From positions 1 through 54,044 of the forward strand of contig JACRKA010000097.1 of NCBI GenBank assembly GCA_016219905.1: 54,044 nt of DNA, given 5' to 3'. The notes under the pieces are model-generated. The model was not told where the DNA came from, ran no database searches, and saw only the letters and a program-made list of their open reading frames with translations. A program made the position numbers and the translations under genes. Position 1 is the stretch's first letter. Each line of letters begins with the position of its first letter. The DNA comes from Verrucomicrobiota bacterium. Lineage in GTDB: Bacteria; Verrucomicrobiota; Verrucomicrobiia; CAIQCK01. This document shows, one piece after another, positions 36,938-46,146 of the stretch.

Positions 36938-38227
36938 TCACCGGCCCAACCCCGACCGGTGTGTCTCTTTCGCCAGCCAGACACTGAGCAGCGTGATGGC
37001 GGCCATCGCGATGAGATAGACGGCAACGGGCCACGGCTTGCCGTCCGCCCATGTCAACAGAGCCGTCGCGATGAGAGGGGCGAGACCGCCGGCCAGGGGC
37101 GCGGCGAGTTGATAGCCAAGGGAGGCGCCGCTGTAGCGGACGTTCGTGCCGAACATCTCGGCGAAGAACGCCGCCTGCGGGCTATACATCGCCGCGTGAC
37201 AGACCAGGGCGATCACGACCGCCAGCCACACCCACGACACGGACCGCGTTTCGAGCAGCCAGAAAAACGGGAACGCAAACAGCGCCAGGAACAGCGCGCC
37301 GCCGAGATAGACCGGCCGTCGCCCGATGCGGTCGGACAACGCGCCGCAGAGCGGAATCGCGACGAGTTGCACGGCGGAGCCGGCCAGCACGGCGTTGAGC
37401 AGGGCGCTTTGCGGAAGACCGAGGTGTTTCGTGCCGTAGGCCAGCACGAACACGGTGAAAACGTAGAACGACGCGTTCTCCGCCAGCCGCGCGCCCATGG
37501 TGAGCAGCACATTGCGCGGATGCGTGCGAAGCACTTCGAGCACCGGCAGGCGCGGCGCGGGTTGGTTTGCCTTCGCTTCCGTGAACACCGGGCTTTCCAC
37601 CAGCCGCAGCCGGATGAACAAGCCGACGCCGAGCAGCACGATGCCCAGCAGGAACGGCACGCGCCAGCCCCAGGCGAGAAACTCCTTTTCGGGCAGCGCG
37701 GAGAACAGGTTGAACACGCCGTTGGCCAGCAGCAGGCCGACCGGCGCGCCGGCCTGCACCCAACTCCCGTAGAAGCCCCGCCGGCCGCGATGACTGTGCT
37801 CCACCGCCATGAGCACCGCGCCGCCCCATTGGCCGCCCACGCCGAGGCCCTGCACGAAGCGCAGCGCGACCAGCAGCACCGGCGCAAGCACGCCGACCTG
37901 CCCGTAGGTCGGCAACAAGCCGATCAGGAACGTCGCCACGCCCATCATCATGAGCGAGGTCACGAGCATGGACTTCCGCCCCAGTTTGTCGCCGAAGTGG
38001 CCGAAAATGATACCGCCGAATGGCCGCGCGAAGAAACCCACCGCGTAGGTGCCGAACGCGGCCATCGTGCCCGCGAGCGGCTCGATGGTCGGGAAAAAGA
38101 GCTTGTTGAACACCAGCGCCGCCGCCGTGCCGTAGAGGAAGAAGTCATACCACTCGATGGCGGTGCCAATGAAACTGGCGAGCACGACGCGAGTCACCGA
38201 CGCAGGCGGATTCCCCGGGGCAGACAT
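36938..38227 (-). CDS. MFS transporter, metabolite:H+ symporter (ShiA-like)
   Basis: GTAIEWYDFFLYG, FGHFGDKLGRK, WGWRVPF, SDRIGRR. Confidence 0.92.
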   Translation of the reverse strand: MSAPGNPPASVTRVVLASFIGTAIEWYDFFLYGTAAALVFNKLFFPTIEPLAGTMAAFGTYAVGFFARPFGGIIFGHFGDKLGRKSMLVTSLMMMGVATFLIGLLPTYGQVGVLAPVLLVALRFVQGLGVGGQWGGAVLMAVEHSHRGRRGFYGSWVQAGAPVGLLLANGVFNLFSALPEKEFLAWGWRVPFLLGIVLLGVGLFIRLRLVESPVFTEAKANQPAPRLPVLEVLRTHPRNVLLTMGARLAENASFYVFTVFVLAYGTKHLGLPQSALLNAVLAGSAVQLVAIPLCGALSDRIGRRPVYLGGALFLALFAFPFFWLLETRSVSWVWLAVVIALVCHAAMYSPQAAFFAEMFGTNVRYSGASLGYQLAAPLAGGLAPLIATALLTWADGKPWPVAVYLIAMAAITLLSVWLAKETHRSGLGR

Positions 38228-38279
38228 GCGGCGAAAGGATTCGCAGTTTCCCCGTGCAAGCGCAAGCGGAGAGTTGCCG

Positions 38280-39644
38280 TCAGCCCCGCTTGGAGGCGGC
38301 GGCCTGCCACAACACAAACATCACGCAGCCCGACACGATTACGCCAGCGCCCGCCAGCAGCAGCACCCAGCCCGAGGTCGCCCACAGGAAAATCCAGCCG
38401 ACCAGCGCGACCGCGGACGGGATGGGATAAAGCCACATGCGGAACGGCAGCGGCACGCCGGGCTGTTTGGTGCGCAGGACGTGCAGCGCGACGATCTGGC
38501 CGACGAACTGCACGAGGATGCGCACGGTCACGGCCGCGCTGATGAGCGTGTCCAGCGGCACGAAGCAGAACACCGCCGTCAGACCGCCCAACGCCAGCAG
38601 CGACACGGCCGGATAGTGCTGGGTCGGGTGGACGTAGCCGAACACGCGGAAGAAATCGCCCGCCTTCGCCGCCGCATAGGGGATGCGCGAGTAACCGAGC
38701 GTGATGGCGAACAGGCACGCCACCGAGGTCCAGATGATGAGCCATGTGAACCCCACCGCCACGTTGCGCCCGAAGAGCCGCTCCATGAACAGCGCGGCGA
38801 CGTTGGTGGATTTCATCGCCTCCTGCCACGGCACGACGGCGATGATGCTGATGTTCATCGTCAGGTAGATCGCCGCGACGAGCAGCACCGAGATGATCAC
38901 CGCGCGCGGGATGGTCCGGCCCGGATCGCGCACCTCGTCGCCGAGGTGGCAGATGTTGTAGTAGCCGAGGTAATCATAGACCGCGATCCGCATCGCCGCG
39001 CCCAACCCCAGCGCGAAGGTCCAATCAAACCGGAACGCATCCGGCGGCATCTTCAGCAACGATGCGTCGAAATGCGTCAGGCCCGCGACGATGACCGTCA
39101 GCACGGTGACAATCGTGCCCGTGCACAACACCACGGCGAGCCAGCCCACCACCGCGATGCGCCGGCACAGCGACAGCGTGATGAGCACGCAACCCGCCGC
39201 CGCGAGGATCTTGCCGCCGCACGGCACGCCACCCAGCACGATGAGGCCGTCGAGGTCCGGGAACACATACTTCACGTAGTCCATCGAGCCGATGTAGCCC
39301 GACGCGACCTCGAGCGTGCCGCTGATGAGGAACTGCCAGATGAACAGGAACGGCAGCAGCCGGCCCCAGCGATAGCGACCGAAGATCTCCTTGAGGAAAT
39401 GATACGTCCCGCCGCTGCCCGGCAGCGCCGCGCCGAGTTCGCTCCAGACCAGCCCGTCGCAAAGCACCAGCGCCGCCGCGATGACCCAGCCGACCAGCGC
39501 CTGCGGCCCGTTCATCGAAGCGATGAAAAGCGGGATGGTGATGAACGGCCCGATGCCCACCATGTTCGCCACGTTGAGCGCGGTGGCCTGGAGCAGGCCG
39601 AGGCTGCGGTCGAGGCGGGGTGTCGCGTGATTCGAAGAGTTCAC
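38280..39644 (-). CDS. APC-family amino acid permease
   Basis: NMVGIGPF, SELGAALPGSGGTY, DEVRDPGRTIPRA, SRIPYAAA. Start moved to GTG at 39644. Confidence 0.88.
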   Translation of the reverse strand: MNSSNHATPRLDRSLGLLQATALNVANMVGIGPFITIPLFIASMNGPQALVGWVIAAALVLCDGLVWSELGAALPGSGGTYHFLKEIFGRYRWGRLLPFLFIWQFLISGTLEVASGYIGSMDYVKYVFPDLDGLIVLGGVPCGGKILAAAGCVLITLSLCRRIAVVGWLAVVLCTGTIVTVLTVIVAGLTHFDASLLKMPPDAFRFDWTFALGLGAAMRIAVYDYLGYYNICHLGDEVRDPGRTIPRAVIISVLLVAAIYLTMNISIIAVVPWQEAMKSTNVAALFMERLFGRNVAVGFTWLIIWTSVACLFAITLGYSRIPYAAAKAGDFFRVFGYVHPTQHYPAVSLLALGGLTAVFCFVPLDTLISAAVTVRILVQFVGQIVALHVLRTKQPGVPLPFRMWLYPIPSAVALVGWIFLWATSGWVLLLAGAGVIVSGCVMFVLWQAAASKRG

Positions 39645-39660
39645 CGGGCGGCCATTTGCC

Positions 39661-39686
39661 AGCGGCGGCGGTTGGAAACCGCCGCT
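39661..39686. repeat. REP-like hairpin
   Basis: agcggcggcggttggaaaccgccgct (minus strand AGCGGCGGTTTCCAACCGCCG). Confidence 0.5.
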
Positions 39687-39699
39687 CATTGAGGCGCGC

Positions 39700-40455
39700 T
39701 CAACTCTTGCCGGTGCGCGCGTTCAACAACTTCATCGTTCGCTGGAAGATTTCCTCGGGCGATCCTTCGGCGATGATGGAGATGAGGACGCCTTTGTTGC
39801 CGTAGTAGTCGGTCAGCGGCGCGGTGCTTTTCGCATAGGCCTGCATGCGGACGCGGACGGATTCGGGGCGGTCATCCTCGCGCTGGAACAGTTCGGCGCC
39901 GCAGTGGTCGCAGACGCCCGCCTTCTTTGGCGGCATGTTGGTGACGTGGAAGACCGCCTTGCATTTCGAGCAAGTGCGGCGTCCGCCGATGCGATCCACG
40001 ACTTTCTCGATGGGCATCTCGTAATTGAGGACAGCGTCAAGCTTGACCTTCTGGGTTTTCAGCATGCCCTCCAGCGCCTCGGCCTGCGCCACGGTGCGCG
40101 GGAAACCGTCGAGCAGGAAGCCGCCCTCGCAGTTGAGGCACTCCACGCGCTCGCGCACGAGGGCCACGACCGTGCCGTCGGGCACCAGGTCGCCGCGTTT
40201 CATGAAACCGAGCGCCTCCTCGATGGCGGGCGTGCGCTCGCTTTCGGGCAGCGCCTTGGCGGCGCGGAAGATGTCGCCGGTGGAAAGGTGGCAGGGGCCG
40301 AGCCGCTCGATGAGGAACTCCGCCTGCGTGCCCTTGCCGACGCCGGGCGCGCCGAGGAGCACGAGCCGATAAGGCCGCTGTTGTGCCGGGGGCTTGTCCT
40401 CGCAGGGGAACTGGGGTCCTTTGAGCCAGGCGCATCGCTCGCGTTTCACGGCCAT
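39700..40455 (-). CDS. adk: Adenylate kinase (zinc-lid type, N-terminal extension)
   Basis: LLGAPGVGKGTQA, LSTGDIFR, LDGFPRT, CSKC...CDHC lid, QREDD. Confidence 0.95.
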   Translation of the reverse strand: MAVKRERCAWLKGPQFPCEDKPPAQQRPYRLVLLGAPGVGKGTQAEFLIERLGPCHLSTGDIFRAAKALPESERTPAIEEALGFMKRGDLVPDGTVVALVRERVECLNCEGGFLLDGFPRTVAQAEALEGMLKTQKVKLDAVLNYEMPIEKVVDRIGGRRTCSKCKAVFHVTNMPPKKAGVCDHCGAELFQREDDRPESVRVRMQAYAKSTAPLTDYYGNKGVLISIIAEGSPEEIFQRTMKLLNARTGKS

Positions 40456-40643
40456 GTTGTGTTGCTCCTTTCGAGAACCTGATTGGTGGTGGCAACTTGT
40501 GTCCCGTCGAAACGGGGCCGGATTCTCGCCGATTCACGCGCCGGAATCAAGCACCGAGGTTGAAGAGAGACGAGCCGGCGGGTGGATGACATTTTGCTTA
40601 CCCGCCCCGCGTCGTGTAGATATGCTTCCGCGCCAAGGTTCAG

Positions 40644-43049
40644 ATGAAAACCGGCAAGGGCAAAAAGGGGTGGGTGTTGGCCGCGGTCATCGTCGCCGCC
40701 GCGTGCGTGGCCTTTGGTGTCTGGAAATCGGGGCGATGGCAAAACACGCCAGCAAACAACCGCACGGTCACGGCCGCGCCGGCAGACGCCGGGTTCACCG
40801 GCTCGCGCACTTGCCGTGATTGCCACGAGAAGTTCTACAAGCTCTGGTCCACGTCGCATCACGGTCTGGCGATGCAGCCGTTCACGGCCGAGCTGGCGCG
40901 CAAGGAGTTGCAGCCGCAGAAGGAGGACCTGGTCATCCGCGGCGTGCGCTACCGGGCCGTCATCGAGGGCGGCCAGAACCACGTGCTCGAACGCGGGCCG
41001 CAGGGCGAGCGGAAGTATTCCATCGTCCACGTCATGGGCGGCAAGAACGTCTATTATTTCCTCGGCCCGCTCGACCGCGGCCGGCTGCAGGTGTTGCCGG
41101 TCGCCTACGACGTGCGCCGCAAGCAATGGTATGACACCACCGCCAGCGCGATGCGCCACTTCCACGAGAACCCCGACGAGGCGCTCGACTGGCGCGAACG
41201 GCCGTTGACGTTCAACACGAGCTGCTTCAACTGCCACGTCAGCCAGCTCGAGAAGAACTACAACCCGCACAGCGACAGCTACCACACGACGTGGATCGAG
41301 CCGGGCATCAACTGCGAGACCTGCCACGGCCCCTGCGGCGAGCACGTCAAGCTCTTCAAACAGCTCGGCCCCGCCGGCGCCGAGCACCCGCCGAAGGACG
41401 TGAAGCTCATCAAGATGACGACGATGGCGCCCGTGCCGCGCAGCGACACCTGCGCGCCGTGCCACGCGAAGATGGTGCCGCTGACCACGACCTTCCAGCC
41501 GGGCGACCGTTACTTCGACCACTTCGACCTCGGCGCGCTGGAGGACCGGGACTTTTATCCCGACGGGCGCGACCTCGGCGAGAACTACACGTTCACGCTC
41601 TGGAAACTCAACCCGTGCGCCAAGAACGGGAAGTTCGACTGCGTCCACTGCCACACCTCCAGCGGGCGCGACCGGTTCGCCGGCGAGAAGGCCAACAACG
41701 CCTGCCTGCCGTGCCACAAGACCCACGTCGAGAACCCCGCCGCGCACTCCCACCACGCGGCCGGCAGCGAGGGCGGCAAATGCGTCGCCTGCCACATGCC
41801 GATGACCGAGTTCGCCCGGATGCGGCGCAGCGACCACTCGATGCGCGCGCCCGCGCCGGCCGCCACGCTCGCGTTCAAGTCGCCCAACGCCTGCAACCTC
41901 TGCCACGCCGACAAGGACGCTGCGTGGGCCGACGGCTTCGTCCGCAAATGGTATCCGCGCGATTACCAGGCGCCCATCATCCGCCTCGGCCGGCTCGTGG
42001 ACGCCGCCCGCAAACGCGACTGGTCGAAGCTGCCGGAGATCCTCGACTACATCGCCAACAAGGACCGCGAGGAGGTTTACGCCGGGTCGCTGGTCCGGCT
42101 GCTGGAATTCTGCGACAACGAGGCGAAGTGGCCGGCGATCGTCAAGGCGCTCAAGAACGACCCGTCGCCGTGGATCCGCGCGCGGGCCGCCGAGGCGTTG
42201 CAGAGCCGGCTCGATTCCGACACCGTCCCGGCGCTGGTGGCCGCCACGCGCGACGACACCCGGCTCGTGCGCATCCGCGCCGCGTCGTCGCTGGCGAGCT
42301 ATCCGGCCGACTACCTCGAACCCGCCGACCGCGAGAGCGTCAAGCGCGCCGCGGCGGAGTTCGAGGCGCACCTGAAGTCGCGCCCTGACGACGGCGCGTC
42401 GTTCTACAACCTCGGCAACTTCCACATGGCCCGGCGCGAGTATGAGCAGGCGATCGCCTGCTTCGAGACGGCGAACAAGCTGCAAGCCGACTTGTTCGCG
42501 GCGCACGTCAACGCCGCGCTGGCCTACAACGCCGCCGGGCGCAACGACAAGGCCGAGGCGGCGCTGCGGCAGGCCATCAAGCTCGACGCGACCAACGCGG
42601 TGGCCAACCTCAACCTCGGCCTGTTGCTCGGCGAACTGGGCCGGGCGCGCGAGGCGGAGGGCGCGTTCCGCACGGCGCTGAAGAGCGAGCCGCGCAACGC
42701 GGTGGCCGCCTACAATCTCGCGGTCATCGCGGGCCAGGACGGCCGCGTGGACGAGGCAATCACGCTGTGCGGCAAGGCCGCCGAGGCCGCGCCGCAGGAG
42801 CCGAAATACGCTTACACGCTCGCGTTCTACCAGCGCCAGAAAGGCCTGACCAACGACGCGGTCCGGACGTTGCGCCGGCTGCTGGCGGGCCGGCCCGCCT
42901 ACGGCGCCGCCTACGCGCTGCTCGGCGAGATTTGCGAGCAGCAGGGCGACCGCAGCGGCGCGGCAGAGGTGTATCGGCAGGCGGCGGAGAACCGGCGGCT
43001 CTCCGAACAGGAGCGGGCGCAGTTCGCGCAGCGGCTGCAGTCGTTCTAG
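40644..43049 (+). CDS. Octaheme c-type cytochrome with HEAT and TPR domains
   Basis: N-terminal TM; 8 CxxCH motifs (CRDCH, CFNCH, CETCH, CAPCH, CVHCH, CLPCH, CVACH, CNLCH); HEAT repeats, then TPRs. Confidence 0.9.
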   Translation: MKTGKGKKGWVLAAVIVAAACVAFGVWKSGRWQNTPANNRTVTAAPADAGFTGSRTCRDCHEKFYKLWSTSHHGLAMQPFTAELARKELQPQKEDLVIRGVRYRAVIEGGQNHVLERGPQGERKYSIVHVMGGKNVYYFLGPLDRGRLQVLPVAYDVRRKQWYDTTASAMRHFHENPDEALDWRERPLTFNTSCFNCHVSQLEKNYNPHSDSYHTTWIEPGINCETCHGPCGEHVKLFKQLGPAGAEHPPKDVKLIKMTTMAPVPRSDTCAPCHAKMVPLTTTFQPGDRYFDHFDLGALEDRDFYPDGRDLGENYTFTLWKLNPCAKNGKFDCVHCHTSSGRDRFAGEKANNACLPCHKTHVENPAAHSHHAAGSEGGKCVACHMPMTEFARMRRSDHSMRAPAPAATLAFKSPNACNLCHADKDAAWADGFVRKWYPRDYQAPIIRLGRLVDAARKRDWSKLPEILDYIANKDREEVYAGSLVRLLEFCDNEAKWPAIVKALKNDPSPWIRARAAEALQSRLDSDTVPALVAATRDDTRLVRIRAASSLASYPADYLEPADRESVKRAAAEFEAHLKSRPDDGASFYNLGNFHMARREYEQAIACFETANKLQADLFAAHVNAALAYNAAGRNDKAEAALRQAIKLDATNAVANLNLGLLLGELGRAREAEGAFRTALKSEPRNAVAAYNLAVIAGQDGRVDEAITLCGKAAEAAPQEPKYAYTLAFYQRQKGLTNDAVRTLRRLLAGRPAYGAAYALLGEICEQQGDRSGAAEVYRQAAENRRLSEQERAQFAQRLQSF

Positions 43050-43160
43050 GCCGGGGACGGACGTCATGGCTGACTTGAAAATGCGATTGCATTTTGATTC
43101 CAACTGGTATTCTCTCCCCGCGCCGTGCGGGGCGGCTTTCCGCGACGCACAAGGATGACC

Positions 43161-44042
43161 ATGGCTTTAACTGAGAAAGAGCTTGCGGATTTGAAGGAGG
43201 GGCTGCGCCGTTGCGGCCCGGAGACAATCGAGGCGGCGGTCCGCTTTCGCGAGAAGGGCGATCTGACCGCCATCCGCCCGGTGGTCTATGGGTTGATCGA
43301 ACGCTACCAGCCGTCCACCGCGCGGCTGCGGTTGAAGGACGCCAGCGAGAGCACGCGGTTGGTGGACGACCTGGGGCTGGACTCGCTGACGCTGCTGGAG
43401 ATCGTGCTTTCCATCGAGGAGGTGCTCGGCCTGCAGATCAAGAACGAGGAGCTGCGGGAAATCCGCACGCTCGGCAACCTCAACCGGTTTCTCCGGGACA
43501 AGATCACGGGCACGCAGGGCGCGCCGGCCGCGAAGCAATACAGCCGGGAGCACGTTGCCTTGATCCTGCCGCAGCAGCCGCCGTTTCTCTTCCTGGACAG
43601 CGCCGAGCTGGGCGATGAGACCTTCCATGCCCAATACGTGATCAAGGGCGACGAGTTCTTCCTGTCGGGCCATTTCAAGGACGAGCCGATCTTCCCGGCA
43701 TCGGTGCTTTTCGAGGCGATCGGCCAGGCCGCGTGCCTGTGGGTCCTGGAGAAGGTCCCGAAGCTGCTGGCCCGCGAGATCAAGTCCAACCACGTCTTCT
43801 TCGCCTCGCTCGACGGCGCGCACGTGTATCGCAAAGCCCGGCCCGGCCAGTTGCTGACCATCGAGGGCAACCTGCTCAAACTCCGCGATCCGGTGGCTGT
43901 TTTTCACGGCACCATCAGCTCGAATGGCGACCGGGTCGCCGTGATAGACCGGCTGGTGCTGGCTTTTGGCGAGCAGTTGGCGCCTGAAGAACCGGCCGCA
44001 ACGGCCGGCGCCGCTGCCGTCCCAGCGACGGCATCCGTGTAA
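43161..44042 (+). CDS. Acyl carrier protein fused to FabA/FabZ-type dehydratase
   Basis: LGLDSL phosphopantetheine site; LPQQPPFLFLD...GHF...PIFP....EAIGQ hotdog motif. Confidence 0.85.
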   Translation: MALTEKELADLKEGLRRCGPETIEAAVRFREKGDLTAIRPVVYGLIERYQPSTARLRLKDASESTRLVDDLGLDSLTLLEIVLSIEEVLGLQIKNEELREIRTLGNLNRFLRDKITGTQGAPAAKQYSREHVALILPQQPPFLFLDSAELGDETFHAQYVIKGDEFFLSGHFKDEPIFPASVLFEAIGQAACLWVLEKVPKLLAREIKSNHVFFASLDGAHVYRKARPGQLLTIEGNLLKLRDPVAVFHGTISSNGDRVAVIDRLVLAFGEQLAPEEPAATAGAAAVPATASV

Positions 44043-44045
44043 CCG

Positions 44046-45332
44046 ATGCACGGATACAAACCGCCCATGAAACGCGCTGTTGTCACGGGGCTGGGGTTCA
44101 TCACGAGCATCGGCAACAGCCGGCCCCAGGTTCTCCGCAGCCTCCGGGAATGCCGCACCGGCGTCGAGGTGTTTGAGGAATTCATCGGCGCCGATGTGCC
44201 CGTGAAACTGGCGGGAACCGTCAAGGGGTTCGCTTTCCCCACGGGGCAGTTTGAGGACTGGACTTATCCGGCGGAATACCAGCTCAGCCGCGAGCAACTG
44301 CGGCCGATGACGCCCAACGCGCTCTACGCCTTCTGCGCGCTGCAACAGGCGATTGCCGAGGCGCAGCTCCCCTCCGACCTGGTGTCCAACCCGCGCACCG
44401 GCCTGATGTGCGCCTCCGGCGGCTCGATGTGGATGACCTACCAGAACCTCCACGCCATGGTCACGCGCGGCGTCAACCGCTGCCAGCCGATGGGCATCGT
44501 CAACAGCATCCCCGGCTCGCTTTACATCAACCTCGTCTCCTGCTTCAAGATCAAGGGCGGCTCGCTCGGCTGCTCCAGCGCGTGCTCCTCGTCGGCTCAC
44601 GCCCTGGGGCTGGCGATGGACTTGATCCGCACAGGGCGGCAGGACACGGTTTTCGTCGTCGGGGCCGAGGACTGCAACAAGTTCAGCATCCTGCTCTTCG
44701 CCAGCATCCGCGCGCTCAGCGTCCAGACCGACCCGGAGAAATCCCCTTGCGCCTTCGACATCAAACGCGACGGCTTCGTCGGCACCGGCGGCGCTTGCGC
44801 GCTCGTGGTCGAGGAACTGGAGCACGCCCGCCGCCGGGGCGCGCCCATCTACGCCGAAATCCTCGGCTGGGGACAATCCTCTGACGGCTACAACGTCATC
44901 GCCCCCGAGCCAAACGGCGAAGGACTGGCGCGGGCCATGCGCGACACGCTTCAGGATGCGGATCTCAAGCCCGGCGATGTGGACTACATCAACGCCCACG
45001 CCACCTCCACGCCCGCCGGCGACATCAGCGAATGTCGCGCCATCCGGCAGGTGTTCGCCGGCGGCAAGGTGCCGTTCATCAGCAGCACCAAGAGCCTCAC
45101 CGGCCACGGCTTGTCGCTCGCGGGCGCGATGGAGGCTGCGTTCTGCTGCCTCGCCTTGCAGGAACGCTTCACGCCCGTCTCCGCGCACATCACCGAGCTG
45201 GACCCGGAGTGCCGGGACCTGCCCATTGTCACCCGCCCGATCGCCGACGCGCCGCGCGTCGCGCTCAGCAACTCCAGCGGCTTCGGCGGCACGAACGTCT
45301 GTCTCGCCCTCCGGCGTTGGGAAAATGGCTAG
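44046..45332 (+). CDS. Beta-ketoacyl-ACP synthase (FabB/FabF family)
   Basis: VVTGLG, SACSSS catalytic Cys, NAHATST, STKSLTGH, SGFGGTN. Confidence 0.93.
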   Translation: MHGYKPPMKRAVVTGLGFITSIGNSRPQVLRSLRECRTGVEVFEEFIGADVPVKLAGTVKGFAFPTGQFEDWTYPAEYQLSREQLRPMTPNALYAFCALQQAIAEAQLPSDLVSNPRTGLMCASGGSMWMTYQNLHAMVTRGVNRCQPMGIVNSIPGSLYINLVSCFKIKGGSLGCSSACSSSAHALGLAMDLIRTGRQDTVFVVGAEDCNKFSILLFASIRALSVQTDPEKSPCAFDIKRDGFVGTGGACALVVEELEHARRRGAPIYAEILGWGQSSDGYNVIAPEPNGEGLARAMRDTLQDADLKPGDVDYINAHATSTPAGDISECRAIRQVFAGGKVPFISSTKSLTGHGLSLAGAMEAAFCCLALQERFTPVSAHITELDPECRDLPIVTRPIADAPRVALSNSSGFGGTNVCLALRRWENG

Positions 45333-46146
45333 CGATTCCGTGACCCGGGTTCTGCTCACCGGCGCCAGCTCCGGCATCGGCTTGGAAATCGCGCGCCTGC
45401 TGACCGCGCGCGGCTGCGAAGTCTGGGGCGCCTCCCGCGACATCGCCCGCCTGCCGCAGCTTCCGCGATTCCACCCCGTGCGGATGGACCTCGCCAGCGA
45501 CGACTCCATCCGCGCGTCGTTCGCGCAGGCGCTCCGCGAAGCCGGCGGGTTCGACGCGCTCATCAACAACGCCGGCGCCGGCGTCTTCGGCCCGACCGCG
45601 GTCGTGCCGGCCGAACTGACGCGCGAACATTTCCAGGTGCTCGTCCACGGCCCGATGGAACTGATCCGGCTCGCGCTGCCCACGATGCGCCAACGCCCGC
45701 GCAGCACCCTCATCAACATCAGCTCGCTCGCGGGGACATTCCCCGTCCCGTTCATGGCCGCCTACAGCGCCGCCAAGGCCGCGCTCAGCGCCTTCAGCCG
45801 CTGCCTGCGGATGGAACTGGCCGGCACGCCCCTCCGCGTCGTGGACGTGCAGCCCGGCGACATCAACACGCCATTTGGCGGTTCCGTGAAGCGTGTGGGC
45901 GCGGAAGCTGCCGGCGCGGACCGCGCTCGCCAGGATACAGTGTGGGAAGCCCAGCGTCACGAAATGGCCGCCGCGCCGCCGCCGCAACGCGTGGCCGAAG
46001 CCGTGTGGCGGATCCTTCAGGCTGAAAACCCGCCGCCGGTGGTTGTAGTGGGTGGATTCGTCCAGGCGCGACTCGCCCCCCTGGCAGCACGCTTGTTTCC
46101 CGCGCGCTGGATGGAGTGGGTGCTGCGGCGCTTCTACCGGCTCTGA
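45325..46146 (+). CDS. Short-chain dehydrogenase/reductase
   Basis: TGASSGIG, NNAG, YSAAK, QPGDINT; overlaps the KAS stop. Confidence 0.88.
   Translation: MASDSVTRVLLTGASSGIGLEIARLLTARGCEVWGASRDIARLPQLPRFHPVRMDLASDDSIRASFAQALREAGGFDALINNAGAGVFGPTAVVPAELTREHFQVLVHGPMELIRLALPTMRQRPRSTLINISSLAGTFPVPFMAAYSAAKAALSAFSRCLRMELAGTPLRVVDVQPGDINTPFGGSVKRVGAEAAGADRARQDTVWEAQRHEMAAAPPPQRVAEAVWRILQAENPPPVVVVGGFVQARLAPLAARLFPARWMEWVLRRFYRL

Noticed and set aside
40644-43049. Calling the octaheme protein NrfA or HAO
   Set aside because: No CxxCK motif, no partner genes, and the HEAT/TPR tail does not fit those enzymes.
40446-45755. Very long antisense ORFs (885 aa at 40446-43103, 862 aa at 43167-45755; similar ones at 6255-7883, 9885-11645, 14446-16230, 50462-52435)
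   Set aside because: They mirror well-supported genes, have no motifs, and are expected from stop-codon scarcity in high-GC3 DNA.
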